Positions 9,747 through 18,881 of a DNA stretch of 53,131 nt are shown here, piece after piece. Made by a program: the position numbers and the translations under genes. Where the stretch lies: assembly GCA_018238625.1 (NCBI GenBank), contig JABCSY010000015.1, positions 1 to 53,131 on the forward strand. Direction: 5' to 3'. The stretch is from Promethearchaeota archaeon. GTDB taxonomy: Archaea > Asgardarchaeota > Lokiarchaeia > Sigyniarchaeales > SOKP01. The notes under the pieces are model-generated. The model ran no database searches. It was not told the origin of the DNA and saw nothing but the letters and a program-made list of their open reading frames with translations. Position 1 is the first letter of the stretch. Every line of letters starts with the position of its first letter.

Positions 9747-12104
9747 ATGGTTAAAAAATCCGACTTAAAGAAACTTAATTCGATTATGCAAGAAGGAAAT
9801 GAATTCAAAAACCTTAGAAAATACAATAAAGCGGTCGAAAAGTATTTAGAAGCTTTAAGGTTCGTAGAGGAGAAGGTAAAAGAACCCGAAGAACGCGAAG
9901 ACGAGACGGCTAACATCAAATCTCAAATTGACCAGATATATTCCGTAGAAATCATCGATATTATTGAGACGGCAAATAATTTCTTCAATAACAACGATTT
10001 TGATAAAGCTTATAAAACATTTGACGAAGCAGGAAGGATCGCTGATAAAATCGTAGACAAGAGCTTAAGAGATTACGAAGTTAATGAAATAAATTACATA
10101 ATAAATAAAACCAAAATTGAAGAGTCTCTCTTCCAAGCCGAAGCAATAGAGAAGGAGGGACAATACGATCAAGCTATTAGTATGCTTAGAGACACCTTAA
10201 ATGCCGCTAAAGAGTTTTATATGGAAGATCTCGAAAGTGAACTGATTAAAAAAATTGAGAATTCTATCAATGAGACATATTCTAAAAAGGTCAAAGCTTT
10301 AATTGAAAAAGCAAATCAATTAAAAGTGAGCGGTGATCTTGACGGGGCGCTTAAAGCGTTTGGCGAAGGTTACAAATTAACAGATAATTATTACGAGTCT
10401 CAATTAAAAGATACTGAAATAACTAATTTAATAAGTTTGATCAACCAAATTTATTCGAATAAAGTGAAACCTATTGTACAAAATGGACAAAACTTAATCG
10501 AACAAAACAATTTCGAACAAGCAGCCAAAGAATTCGAAGAAGCATTAAAAATAACTAATGAAATGCACGATTCAAAACAAAAGAAATCGGAAATAAACCG
10601 AATAAATTCTATCGCCTCAAGTGTACTGAACCCAATTTATTTAGAAAGAATTAAACCAATTTTAGATAAGGGAAAAGAGTTAGAAATTAAAGAAAATTTT
10701 GAGGAAAATGTTAGCGTTGTAAACGAAATAGTTGATTTATATCATAAAGCTTTGGGAATTGCAAATATTATGGCTGAATCAAGAGAACGAAACGATAAAA
10801 TAACCGATATAACTAATTTAATTAACAATACTTGTAAAAAGAGAATTAATTTTATTAAAGAAAAATCGATTCAAAAAATAGGCCAACGAGATTACGAAAA
10901 AGCTATTAACGAGCTATATGCCGCAATAAGCGTCGCAAAGAGAATGGCTATTCCTGAAGAAACAAACGAATTTTTTATAGATTTGAAAAATACGGTAAAT
11001 AAGGTTTATCTCGCCCAAATTGAGGACGTTCTTAAAGAAGGTACAGATAAATTAGCTCTGAAAAATTATAAGGAAGCAATAGTAATTTTTAATAGGGCTC
11101 TGGAAATGACGAATAAAATGTATTTAACTCAAGAGATGGAAGAAGAGATCAACAAAATTAAAGGCTTAGTCTATCAAGCAGAATTAAAAGAGTTAGTAGA
11201 CCGTGGAGATTTATCTGAAGAAATACAGAAATTCGAAAAAGAAATCGAAAAACTTAATAAAAAAATGGATTACGCCAAAACTATCGACGACCCCAACCGT
11301 AGGTTTCAAGAAATGGAACAAATTAAGAAATCCATTGACGAAGTATACCACTCTGAAATCAAGCTACTAGTTGAACAAGGCGTACAGTTAGCAGATAGCG
11401 AAACCTTTAAAGAATCTTTTGAAAACTTTGAAAGAGCAATTAAAATTAACGAGTCGATTAAAAGTCCAGAGTTTAAAAACCTAATTGCCATTAAATACGA
11501 ATATAAACTGAAAGTAATTGAAAAAGCCATATTAGAAATTAAAAGAAAAAGCTTCGATAATGCCATTGCAGATTGCAATAAAGCTATAGAACTTGATAGT
11601 ACTTTTGTAGACGCTTTCTATTACATCGGTATTGCAAACAACGATAGACACGAGTACAACACAGCTATTGACTATTTTAAGAAAGCTATTAATTTCAACC
11701 CTAAACACGCAAAATCATGGAATAATATGGGATTTAGTTACGAAAAATTAAAGCAATTCGATAAAGCAATTGACTCTTATAAAAAAGCAGTTGGATTTGA
11801 ACCAATTTACGCGTTAGCATACTATAATATGGCAAATTCGTATAAACATAAAGACCAACTTGACTACGCAATTGACGCTTATAAAAAGGCAACGGATATC
11901 GACCCAGATTACGCGTTCGCTTGGCTTTTTATGGGATATGCTTATTTAGATAAAAACGATTACTATTCAGCGCTTCAAAACATAGATAAAGCAATCAAAA
12001 TAAATCCCGAAATAGGAAACGAGATTAACGCTTTTATTACTGATATTAAAAAATCAGTAGAAAAACTTCAAAAAGGCTTATCAGAGAAGTTTACTAACAA
12101 ATAA
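9747..12104 (+). CDS. Tetratricopeptide-repeat protein with long N-terminal helical repeats
   Basis: C-terminal canonical TPRs (AFYYIG, SWNNMG, AYYNMA, AWLFMG); N-terminal helical repeats of roughly 60 aa. Confidence 0.88.
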   Translation: MVKKSDLKKLNSIMQEGNEFKNLRKYNKAVEKYLEALRFVEEKVKEPEEREDETANIKSQIDQIYSVEIIDIIETANNFFNNNDFDKAYKTFDEAGRIADKIVDKSLRDYEVNEINYIINKTKIEESLFQAEAIEKEGQYDQAISMLRDTLNAAKEFYMEDLESELIKKIENSINETYSKKVKALIEKANQLKVSGDLDGALKAFGEGYKLTDNYYESQLKDTEITNLISLINQIYSNKVKPIVQNGQNLIEQNNFEQAAKEFEEALKITNEMHDSKQKKSEINRINSIASSVLNPIYLERIKPILDKGKELEIKENFEENVSVVNEIVDLYHKALGIANIMAESRERNDKITDITNLINNTCKKRINFIKEKSIQKIGQRDYEKAINELYAAISVAKRMAIPEETNEFFIDLKNTVNKVYLAQIEDVLKEGTDKLALKNYKEAIVIFNRALEMTNKMYLTQEMEEEINKIKGLVYQAELKELVDRGDLSEEIQKFEKEIEKLNKKMDYAKTIDDPNRRFQEMEQIKKSIDEVYHSEIKLLVEQGVQLADSETFKESFENFERAIKINESIKSPEFKNLIAIKYEYKLKVIEKAILEIKRKSFDNAIADCNKAIELDSTFVDAFYYIGIANNDRHEYNTAIDYFKKAINFNPKHAKSWNNMGFSYEKLKQFDKAIDSYKKAVGFEPIYALAYYNMANSYKHKDQLDYAIDAYKKATDIDPDYAFAWLFMGYAYLDKNDYYSALQNIDKAIKINPEIGNEINAFITDIKKSVEKLQKGLSEKFTNK

Positions 12105-12212
12105 ATTTCTTACTCATATAATTTTAATTTGTTGATCTTAATCTAATTCACTTTCACGTTAAATTACATGAATATTAAAAAAAGATAAGAAAAAAAAGAC
12201 TAAAAATAAGTT

Positions 12213-13109
12213 TTATAAAATATTTGAAGCGTATTGCTCAACTAAATACTCAATTTTACCCGTATCTAATTGTTCTCTCGCAAGCTCAGGGCACATATGC
12301 TCTAAGTGGCACAATAATTCGTTTAATCCTTCTTCAGCTTCTTTAGGATCTATATTATCTTGATCACTAATAACTATTGAACCCATTAGATGTTTAGACC
12401 GCTTTAAGATAATAACGTTTCCGCTCATTTTAAGCTGGTTAAGTTCAGAATGAAACGATTCTTTTACAAAACTATTAATTGCAGCAAATAATCCTCCTTG
12501 CAAAATATCTTCGTTCGAGGATGATGTTAACGGTATACCTCCTTGATCGAATATAGTTATAGCTTTTGGACTAATTCTTTTAGCAAGTGGTTTTCCTGTT
12601 AATTTATAATAAATTTTCATGAACGCTTTAACAATGCCGTATCCCGTTTTACAGGATATAGGTAAAATTTCAAAAGATGGTAATTTTGTCAAATTCAAGG
12701 CTGCTATAATTTCGCTTGGCTGGGCAACAGGTTGGAGGTCGTATTTATTTGCTAACACGATTAAAGGGGTTCTTTTAAGAATTGGAGCTAGCTTCCATAA
12801 TTCGTCTTTAGCTTCGTTAAATCGTTCTCTAGCGTAAGCGTCAATCATAAATATTACGCATTCTGCATGAGCAACCTCTCCAAGCCATAAGTCTCTAAAA
12901 TCTTTTTGTCCACCCATGTCCATAAGATTGATGCGCACACCAGATACATCTACTGTAGAGAGCTCTTTCCCCATAGTAGGGGTATGCTCGATAAATGTGC
13001 CGTTCTGCAAGAAGCTAACTAGTGTTGTTTTTCCAGAAGAGTCAAGCCCTAAGATAACAATCTTCTTTTCTTTAGTGAAGACCCTTTTTAAAATATCTTT
13101 AACTCCCAT
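12213..13109 (-). CDS. Arf-like small GTPase fused to a C-terminal longin-like domain
   Basis: G1 GLDSSGKT, G2 TPTMG, G3 DMGGQ, G4 NKYD, G5 SCK; amphipathic N-terminus MGVKDILKRVF; C-terminal ~120 aa ITIFDQGGIPL...GGLFAAINSFVKE. Confidence 0.9.
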   Translation of the reverse strand: MGVKDILKRVFTKEKKIVILGLDSSGKTTLVSFLQNGTFIEHTPTMGKELSTVDVSGVRINLMDMGGQKDFRDLWLGEVAHAECVIFMIDAYARERFNEAKDELWKLAPILKRTPLIVLANKYDLQPVAQPSEIIAALNLTKLPSFEILPISCKTGYGIVKAFMKIYYKLTGKPLAKRISPKAITIFDQGGIPLTSSSNEDILQGGLFAAINSFVKESFHSELNQLKMSGNVIILKRSKHLMGSIVISDQDNIDPKEAEEGLNELLCHLEHMCPELAREQLDTGKIEYLVEQYASNIL

Positions 13110-13370
13110 TTTATCTCATTTATTTTTTTATTTTTTTATATGTTGTAATTTGAAAATATAATAATTGTTTTCAAATTAAAAGGAATGTATTAATTCTAAA
13201 TTATGTTATATTGCTACAGAATAATATTTTTTCAGGATAAATTATCTAAATTTTTAAATAACACAAAACAAATTTAGTTTAAAGATGCAGACATCTAATT
13301 TGTTAAAAAATTCGACGAATATAAAGATTCGATTAATATTAAAGGAAAAAAATGAAAAAAATTTAAAAAA

Positions 13371-14024
13371 TTATTGTTCTTTTACAACTAACTTAGAAAT
13401 CCAGGTTCCCATTATACGCTCTTCGACCGCTTCGTTGACGAACACATATTTCTCAAAGAATCCAGTACTCGACATATAGAAAACAAACATCCCTACAACT
13501 CTGAAAATATCCAGAAGCGTAGTACTTCGAAGCATAGACCCAATACCATATATTAAGAAAAATATTCCCATTCCCATGGCTAAACCGTTTAACTGTTTCT
13601 TTCCATCTCTTATGAGAACTATCGATAATCCAAAGCCAACGAACAACGAATACAGAACAAAGAAAATAGTTGAACTGTTCAGCATTAATCCAAAAGCGAT
13701 ATAAAGCGTAGTAATTAGTGGAACTGTATAGAGTTTATTGTACTTTCTTGCGTAAAGCATGAATTCTACTTGAATGGTATTAGAAACAAATGCTAGAGCA
13801 AGACCAATAGTTAATTTCCCACTTATAACAATTGACGTGTTAAAATCCGTATATATAGTACTTATGTATAAAAGTGAAACTAAAGCAAGCACCACAATAT
13901 AAAAATTGATGATTATATACATCCTATTTTTATCTTCTCTCCATTTTTTCGTAACATTGAAAATTGACAATGCGCAAAAACTAAAGTAGATAACATTCAT
14001 TACTAAGACAAAAGTATCACTCAT
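13371..14024 (-). CDS. 7TM membrane protein (paralog B); start revised to ATG 14024
   Basis: About 7 hydrophobic segments; ATG 14024 overlaps the upstream stop (ATGAGTGA); shares YTVP and NGLAMGMGIFF motifs with paralog A. Confidence 0.82.
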   Translation of the reverse strand: MSDTFVLVMNVIYFSFCALSIFNVTKKWREDKNRMYIIINFYIVVLALVSLLYISTIYTDFNTSIVISGKLTIGLALAFVSNTIQVEFMLYARKYNKLYTVPLITTLYIAFGLMLNSSTIFFVLYSLFVGFGLSIVLIRDGKKQLNGLAMGMGIFFLIYGIGSMLRSTTLLDIFRVVGMFVFYMSSTGFFEKYVFVNEAVEERIMGTWISKLVVKEQ

Positions 14025-14667
14025 CTTTAGATACAACCCCCTGTTTAAACGGTTTAAATAGTCCAAGCGAAAAAAAGACAACAAAAACTACATAACCAAC
14101 TATAATTGATCTTGTTATTAATGCAACATCTATGAATTTGGTACTAAAGGCTAGTGAGAAAAATATTGCTACGCCCAAAGCTCCATTATCCTTGACTCGA
14201 ATCGCAGTAAAGGCCATAAAGACAACACTTGCGATGCCTCCATAAGTTATATAATCCTCGATCCAACCGGCAAATCCAGTTAAAAGATAAAAAACATACA
14301 TTCCAATAAAGAAGACTATAGGTGTGTAATACAGAAATTCTATTCTATTAATATAAGAAATCAAAGTAAGACCAGTAGTTATCATCAAAGCGACTAAAAT
14401 ATTGTAGAGTCCGAATGTAGCCATATATGGGTCAAAAACAGCAGGGGCTCCTAAGAATACATAATCTACAATATATTCGGTCACCGCTAAGATCGAAAAG
14501 TCAAGAAAGGTGAGAAAGATTAGTACCCTTACCATATTGTATCGTCCTGTGGCTTTTTTATCCTTTAAAAGTTTTCTACTTAGTACAAGTGTTGCCAATG
14601 GGATAAAGATTGCACTACCTAAAGTAGCAATAAAGCCTAAATTTGTTACAACATCATCGTATATCAT
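14017..14667 (-). CDS. 7TM membrane protein (paralog A)
   Basis: Seven hydrophobic segments by eye; YYTP and DNGALGVAIFF motifs; ATG directly abuts the upstream TAA. Confidence 0.82.
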   Translation of the reverse strand: MIYDDVVTNLGFIATLGSAIFIPLATLVLSRKLLKDKKATGRYNMVRVLIFLTFLDFSILAVTEYIVDYVFLGAPAVFDPYMATFGLYNILVALMITTGLTLISYINRIEFLYYTPIVFFIGMYVFYLLTGFAGWIEDYITYGGIASVVFMAFTAIRVKDNGALGVAIFFSLAFSTKFIDVALITRSIIVGYVVFVVFFSLGLFKPFKQGVVSKDE

Positions 14668-15168
14668 TTAAAAAAAACTCCCTTTTAAGTTTGGTTTTTG
14701 TTTAATTATTTTAGATTTAATATCTGTAAAAATTCTCGAGAAATCAATTACTACGTTTTCAACATTAATATCTTTTTCTTCGTTCAGGCCTTCAAATATA
14801 GTTTGTTGGTACTCCGTTAAAACGCTCTCAGTTAAGAGGCCATTTGCTTCTAAAACATCTATTAGTTCTTTAATTACTGGTTTATAAATCTCAGTATTGT
14901 CTCTTTTCCCTAGTAGCAGTGAAAATGTGAGGAGATCATCGCGGTTATCTTTTTGTAATACTTTGAAAACATAAGATAAAACGCTATATTTACGATACTT
15001 ATCGATAATGTAATCTCCAATCTTACTCCCAACTGGGAAACACTTTGAAAGGATTTCTGATTCAGATGAAACATCAATCGAAGGATAGGAACTTACTATT
15101 TCTAGATTAGAGTTAACAAAACCTCCTAACTTACATAAAACGCTATAATCTGTAGCCAAAATAATCAC
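14668..15168 (-). CDS. Soluble protein, probable uDENN/longin (NPRL2/folliculin-like) domain
   Basis: EIVSSYP...KCFPVG...VLSYVFKV....RDDLLTFSLLL pattern resembles uDENN (CFP.G) and NPRL2-type longin domains. Confidence 0.6.
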   Translation of the reverse strand: MIILATDYSVLCKLGGFVNSNLEIVSSYPSIDVSSESEILSKCFPVGSKIGDYIIDKYRKYSVLSYVFKVLQKDNRDDLLTFSLLLGKRDNTEIYKPVIKELIDVLEANGLLTESVLTEYQQTIFEGLNEEKDINVENVVIDFSRIFTDIKSKIIKQKPNLKGSFF

Positions 15169-15398
15169 TCGATTTTTTATTTTTTTGTGTTTTGTAAAGA
15201 GAAAAACTTTTTGATAACAAAAGGTTTTTAACTTTATTTTTGTTAAACAAAATGTAATAATTTTGCTTTAAAAATGAGATTCTTTTTCCAAATATGTGTA
15301 CTGTTGCCACAAATATTAACTTTTATACACAATTCATATTCTTTTTGTATAGTTTTCTAAAACTTACACTATTTAGGTACAGCTAACTAAAATTTACA

Positions 15399-16661
15399 CT
15401 ATTTAGACATAGCTTTCAAAAATTTTGGCCATAAGGTTAATTTTTGTAGCCCAGGTAGAGCACCAAATAAGCGCTCTCCGACGTATCTATCTCTATCCGT
15501 GTCGTAATTCCATAAATCTTGGATAGTATGCGCTTCGTATATATATTTTCTAACGGTTTTATTAGTATTTAATAAATTAGTATAAGTTGTCCATAAGGTT
15601 TTTGCGGACGAATCGTTACTATAGAACAATAATTCGCAAGCAACGCCATTTCTAAAATATCCATTTAACAAAATTCGAGCAATTTCCTGGTCGTAAGTTA
15701 TTAATTCTGGTCTTGAAAAGTTTGAATTGTTTTCTAATAATGGTTTTACGAGCTTTGCTGCGATATCAGCGCTAGCTAAACCACCTAAAAGGCCTTCGTA
15801 AAAGAGAGCCGTAACCACTCCTGCGGCCTCTCCTAAGACAATTACGCGATCCTTAGTCATGGCACTTATTGGATGCTTTGAAATCCCTCCAGTAACAAAA
15901 TTTTTGTCCCATTTCAATCCATTCATAAAAGGTTGAATTTTCTTATAGTTTCTTAGAATTCTTTCTAATTTTTCTTTGAGCTGGTCAGGAGATTCTTTAT
16001 TTCCTAAATATCCTGTTGAAACCCGACCCTTTCCTACGTTAAAAAAGAAGGGTCCATTAGGGCTTATGTTAGGGTTTAGATGAAACATATATTGAAAGTT
16101 AAAATTCTCATCTAGTAGGCTTTCATCAGCGTAGGTATAAGTATATATTCCCATAAAAGAGTCAGGAACCTCAAAACCTAACGATTTCTGTAAAGCAAAG
16201 CCACGAGAGCCTGTAGCTAAACATAAAAGTTTAGCTGAAAAAGATTCACCTTTATTGTTAATAACCTCAACGTAATCAGCGTGTTTTATTATCTTAGTCA
16301 CTTTTTCGTTAAAACGCGTAGTGCCACCTTGATCTTTAAACTTAGCAATAAGTTTTTTAATGAATATTTCTGTGTGTGAAATCTTTCCTAAGGGCTTGCC
16401 AAACTCTTTCGAGTTCAAGAGACCATCATACTTGTCGCTCTTATAGTTTAATTGGAGAAAAGAGCGTGGAAAAATTGAATCATCGTTCCAGAAGACATCG
16501 TCAATAAAAGGTTTATTGTGTTCTGCAAATATATTTATTCTAACCGGTATTTCGCGATCATAATCTTGCGAATCAATTAAAAGCGTTTTTGCGTACTTTG
16601 ACGCCTTATACGCTAAAGATGCTCCGGAAATCCCAGCACCGATAATAATGATATCATACAT
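15399..16661 (-). CDS. FAD-dependent oxidoreductase, geranylgeranyl-reductase-like
   Basis: YDIIIIGAGISG, LATG and LGEAAG...EG motifs. Confidence 0.8.
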   Translation of the reverse strand: MYDIIIIGAGISGASLAYKASKYAKTLLIDSQDYDREIPVRINIFAEHNKPFIDDVFWNDDSIFPRSFLQLNYKSDKYDGLLNSKEFGKPLGKISHTEIFIKKLIAKFKDQGGTTRFNEKVTKIIKHADYVEVINNKGESFSAKLLCLATGSRGFALQKSLGFEVPDSFMGIYTYTYADESLLDENFNFQYMFHLNPNISPNGPFFFNVGKGRVSTGYLGNKESPDQLKEKLERILRNYKKIQPFMNGLKWDKNFVTGGISKHPISAMTKDRVIVLGEAAGVVTALFYEGLLGGLASADIAAKLVKPLLENNSNFSRPELITYDQEIARILLNGYFRNGVACELLFYSNDSSAKTLWTTYTNLLNTNKTVRKYIYEAHTIQDLWNYDTDRDRYVGERLFGALPGLQKLTLWPKFLKAMSK

Positions 16662-16764
16662 TAAATCTTTAAATTATTAATAAAAAAAAAAGATTATTAA
16701 ATAGAATTTTAATGGAACCTCATAAATTCACTATAAAAAATATTAACTAAACTTTCAGTGAAAA

Positions 16765-17517
16765 TTAAAGGATATTTTCAATTGTTTTAATTAATTTATC
16801 TAAATTTAGTTCAGCCATACCGAGAGGGACCGAAGACTCGAATAACACTACGATTAATAATGGTTCGAGCTTCCACGGAATATTTATTTTTCCCGTAAAG
16901 ACTTTTTGTCCATTGTCTAAGCAAACAAATGTCAATTTGAATTCGTTCGCCACCATATGTCTAATTTCTAATTCTTTTAAAGAGGATAACAATATTTTGT
17001 GCGGGAGAGAAGTATAAATTACTTTTCCATTGATCGTAAATAAAGTAGCACCTAATATCTCGTTTTCTAAAGTTAATCTCTTAATGAAATCGATAATTTT
17101 TTTATATAAAGGTTGACTACCGATTAATTCAGCATCACCAGTAATAATTGAATCGATTTTAGAATCGAAATCAGCGCTTTCGATTATTTGGTAATCTTCT
17201 ACATCGTTGTTCTCTAAGAACTCTTCAAATACATCAACTATATTAACCAAACGGGAATTAATAAACAATAAACTTGCACTTGAATCTGCTAAAATTGCAT
17301 AAATGAATTCTCCTTTCACTTTAAAAGCGATTCTAAATCCGCCCATTTCGAGAATTTCCGGAGTTTGTTTAGAGATAACACTTGCTGAGAAAGAAAACAA
17401 TGCTGAAAAAAAGGGAGTAATTAAATTAGGTTCGATATTATCAAAATCGCTCGTGATGTTTCTGCTATAAATACAAGCTCCAGTATTTTTTAATATAAAA
17501 AGCGAATGGATGTCCAT
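16765..17517 (-). CDS. Longin-like plus roadblock/profilin-like two-domain protein
   Basis: N-terminal LFILKNTGACIYSR...FFSALFSFS (longin pattern); C-terminal ILGATLFTINGKVIYTSLP (roadblock-like pattern). Confidence 0.68.
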   Translation of the reverse strand: MDIHSLFILKNTGACIYSRNITSDFDNIEPNLITPFFSALFSFSASVISKQTPEILEMGGFRIAFKVKGEFIYAILADSSASLLFINSRLVNIVDVFEEFLENNDVEDYQIIESADFDSKIDSIITGDAELIGSQPLYKKIIDFIKRLTLENEILGATLFTINGKVIYTSLPHKILLSSLKELEIRHMVANEFKLTFVCLDNGQKVFTGKINIPWKLEPLLIVVLFESSVPLGMAELNLDKLIKTIENIL

Positions 17518-17800
17518 CTTAAATTACTCCTAAATTTTCTTATAGAAAAATAGAAAAAATTTACTCTTTTAAGTATTATTAAAAGAAGAATAGTCTGCTA
17601 ATATTATTACGCTTTATTGAATATAAAAAAAGGTTTTGATTATTTTTCGTTTTTTCTTTCGTAAGTTGAGACTTTTTTTTCATAATCGCGAGCTTTAAAT
17701 AGAAGGCTAAATTTTATAAATTAATAAAGTTATGTGATTGTGACGCACTATATCACCACTTTAAAAATTAATAGTAAACAACACAAAAACGGAAAAGAAA

Positions 17801-18208
17801 ATGTCTGATAATGATTTAGAAAAGATTCGGCTAAAAAAGGCCGAAATGCTGATAAAAACTCAATCGATGCCAACAGAAATAGTTAAAATTCATTCGGCAG
17901 AAGAGTTTAGTAAATTAACCCAAGATTTCTCTGATAAAGTTATAATAATAGATTTCTGGGCGGTTTGGTGTTCTCCTTGCTTGATGTTTGCACCAATATT
18001 CGAAAAAATTCAAAAAGAACGCTATCAAGATTTTATTTTCATCAAAGTAAACGTTGACGAAGTCGGTTCTATAGCCCAAACTTATAGAATTACTGGAATT
18101 CCTACGACATTATTTATTAAAGATAATAAAGTAATACATAAAATTGTTGGCGCAGTAAACGAAGATTACATGAACAGAATCCTGGAAAAACTTCAGTCTT
18201 TCGCGTAA
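17801..18208 (+). CDS. trxA: Thioredoxin
   Basis: IIDFWAVWCSPC, KVNVDE, GIPT cis-Pro loop. Confidence 0.92.
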   Translation: MSDNDLEKIRLKKAEMLIKTQSMPTEIVKIHSAEEFSKLTQDFSDKVIIIDFWAVWCSPCLMFAPIFEKIQKERYQDFIFIKVNVDEVGSIAQTYRITGIPTTLFIKDNKVIHKIVGAVNEDYMNRILEKLQSFA

Positions 18209-18270
18209 TTTTTTTTTTAAAATTTATTTATTAAATTTTTTATTAAATAGTAAAATATTGGTGTTAACCC

Positions 18271-18729
18271 TTGGAAATGGAGATAGAAAGTATTTCAGAT
18301 CAATTAAAAGATATGTTAGAGCAGAAAAAGATTTTTAAAAGTGGAAAATTATTTAAATGCATATTAGGACTTAATGTTATAGAATCTGTTGTGTTTTCCT
18401 ATTTATTAAAACACCAAAATGTTAGTACGATGGAATTAACTAAATTATTTAAAAAGGATCGTAGCTCAATCCAAAGAGCCCTCCAAACTCTAATTGAAGC
18501 TAATGTTATCGAAAGAAAATCAATGTCTTTAAAAGAGTTCAGCGAAAAAAAGGATAAAGAAGTGAAAACTAAACGAGGATACTTATATGTTTACGGGGCA
18601 AAAGATTTAGAAATGGTTAAGGAGCAGACTCGCGAATTACTTGATAAATGGTATGAATCTATGCTAAACTATATCGAAAATTTAGATAGTGTCTTTGACT
18701 GCTACGAAAAACAAGGAGAGCTTTGTTAG
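18271..18729 (+). CDS. Winged-helix transcriptional regulator (TrmB/MarR-like)
   Basis: STMELTKLFKKDRSSIQRALQTLIEANVIER HTH; RGYLYVY wing. Confidence 0.85.
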   Translation: MEMEIESISDQLKDMLEQKKIFKSGKLFKCILGLNVIESVVFSYLLKHQNVSTMELTKLFKKDRSSIQRALQTLIEANVIERKSMSLKEFSEKKDKEVKTKRGYLYVYGAKDLEMVKEQTRELLDKWYESMLNYIENLDSVFDCYEKQGELC

Positions 18730-18881
18730 GTTTTATTCTACACATTTGATTTTTGGACTCTTCTTGTAATGTAAGCCTAATTAAAGCATTATAATTATAT
18801 TGCAGTCTAATTATTTGTAAATTATTTTAAGTTTCGATCTCTTTTGTAACCTTTTTATAGAATCAAGTTTAAATTTATAGT

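Noticed and set aside
13371-14667. 7TM pair as rhodopsins or true GPCR homologs
   Set aside because: No retinal-binding Lys in helix 7 and no GPCR motifs; only the helix count is supported
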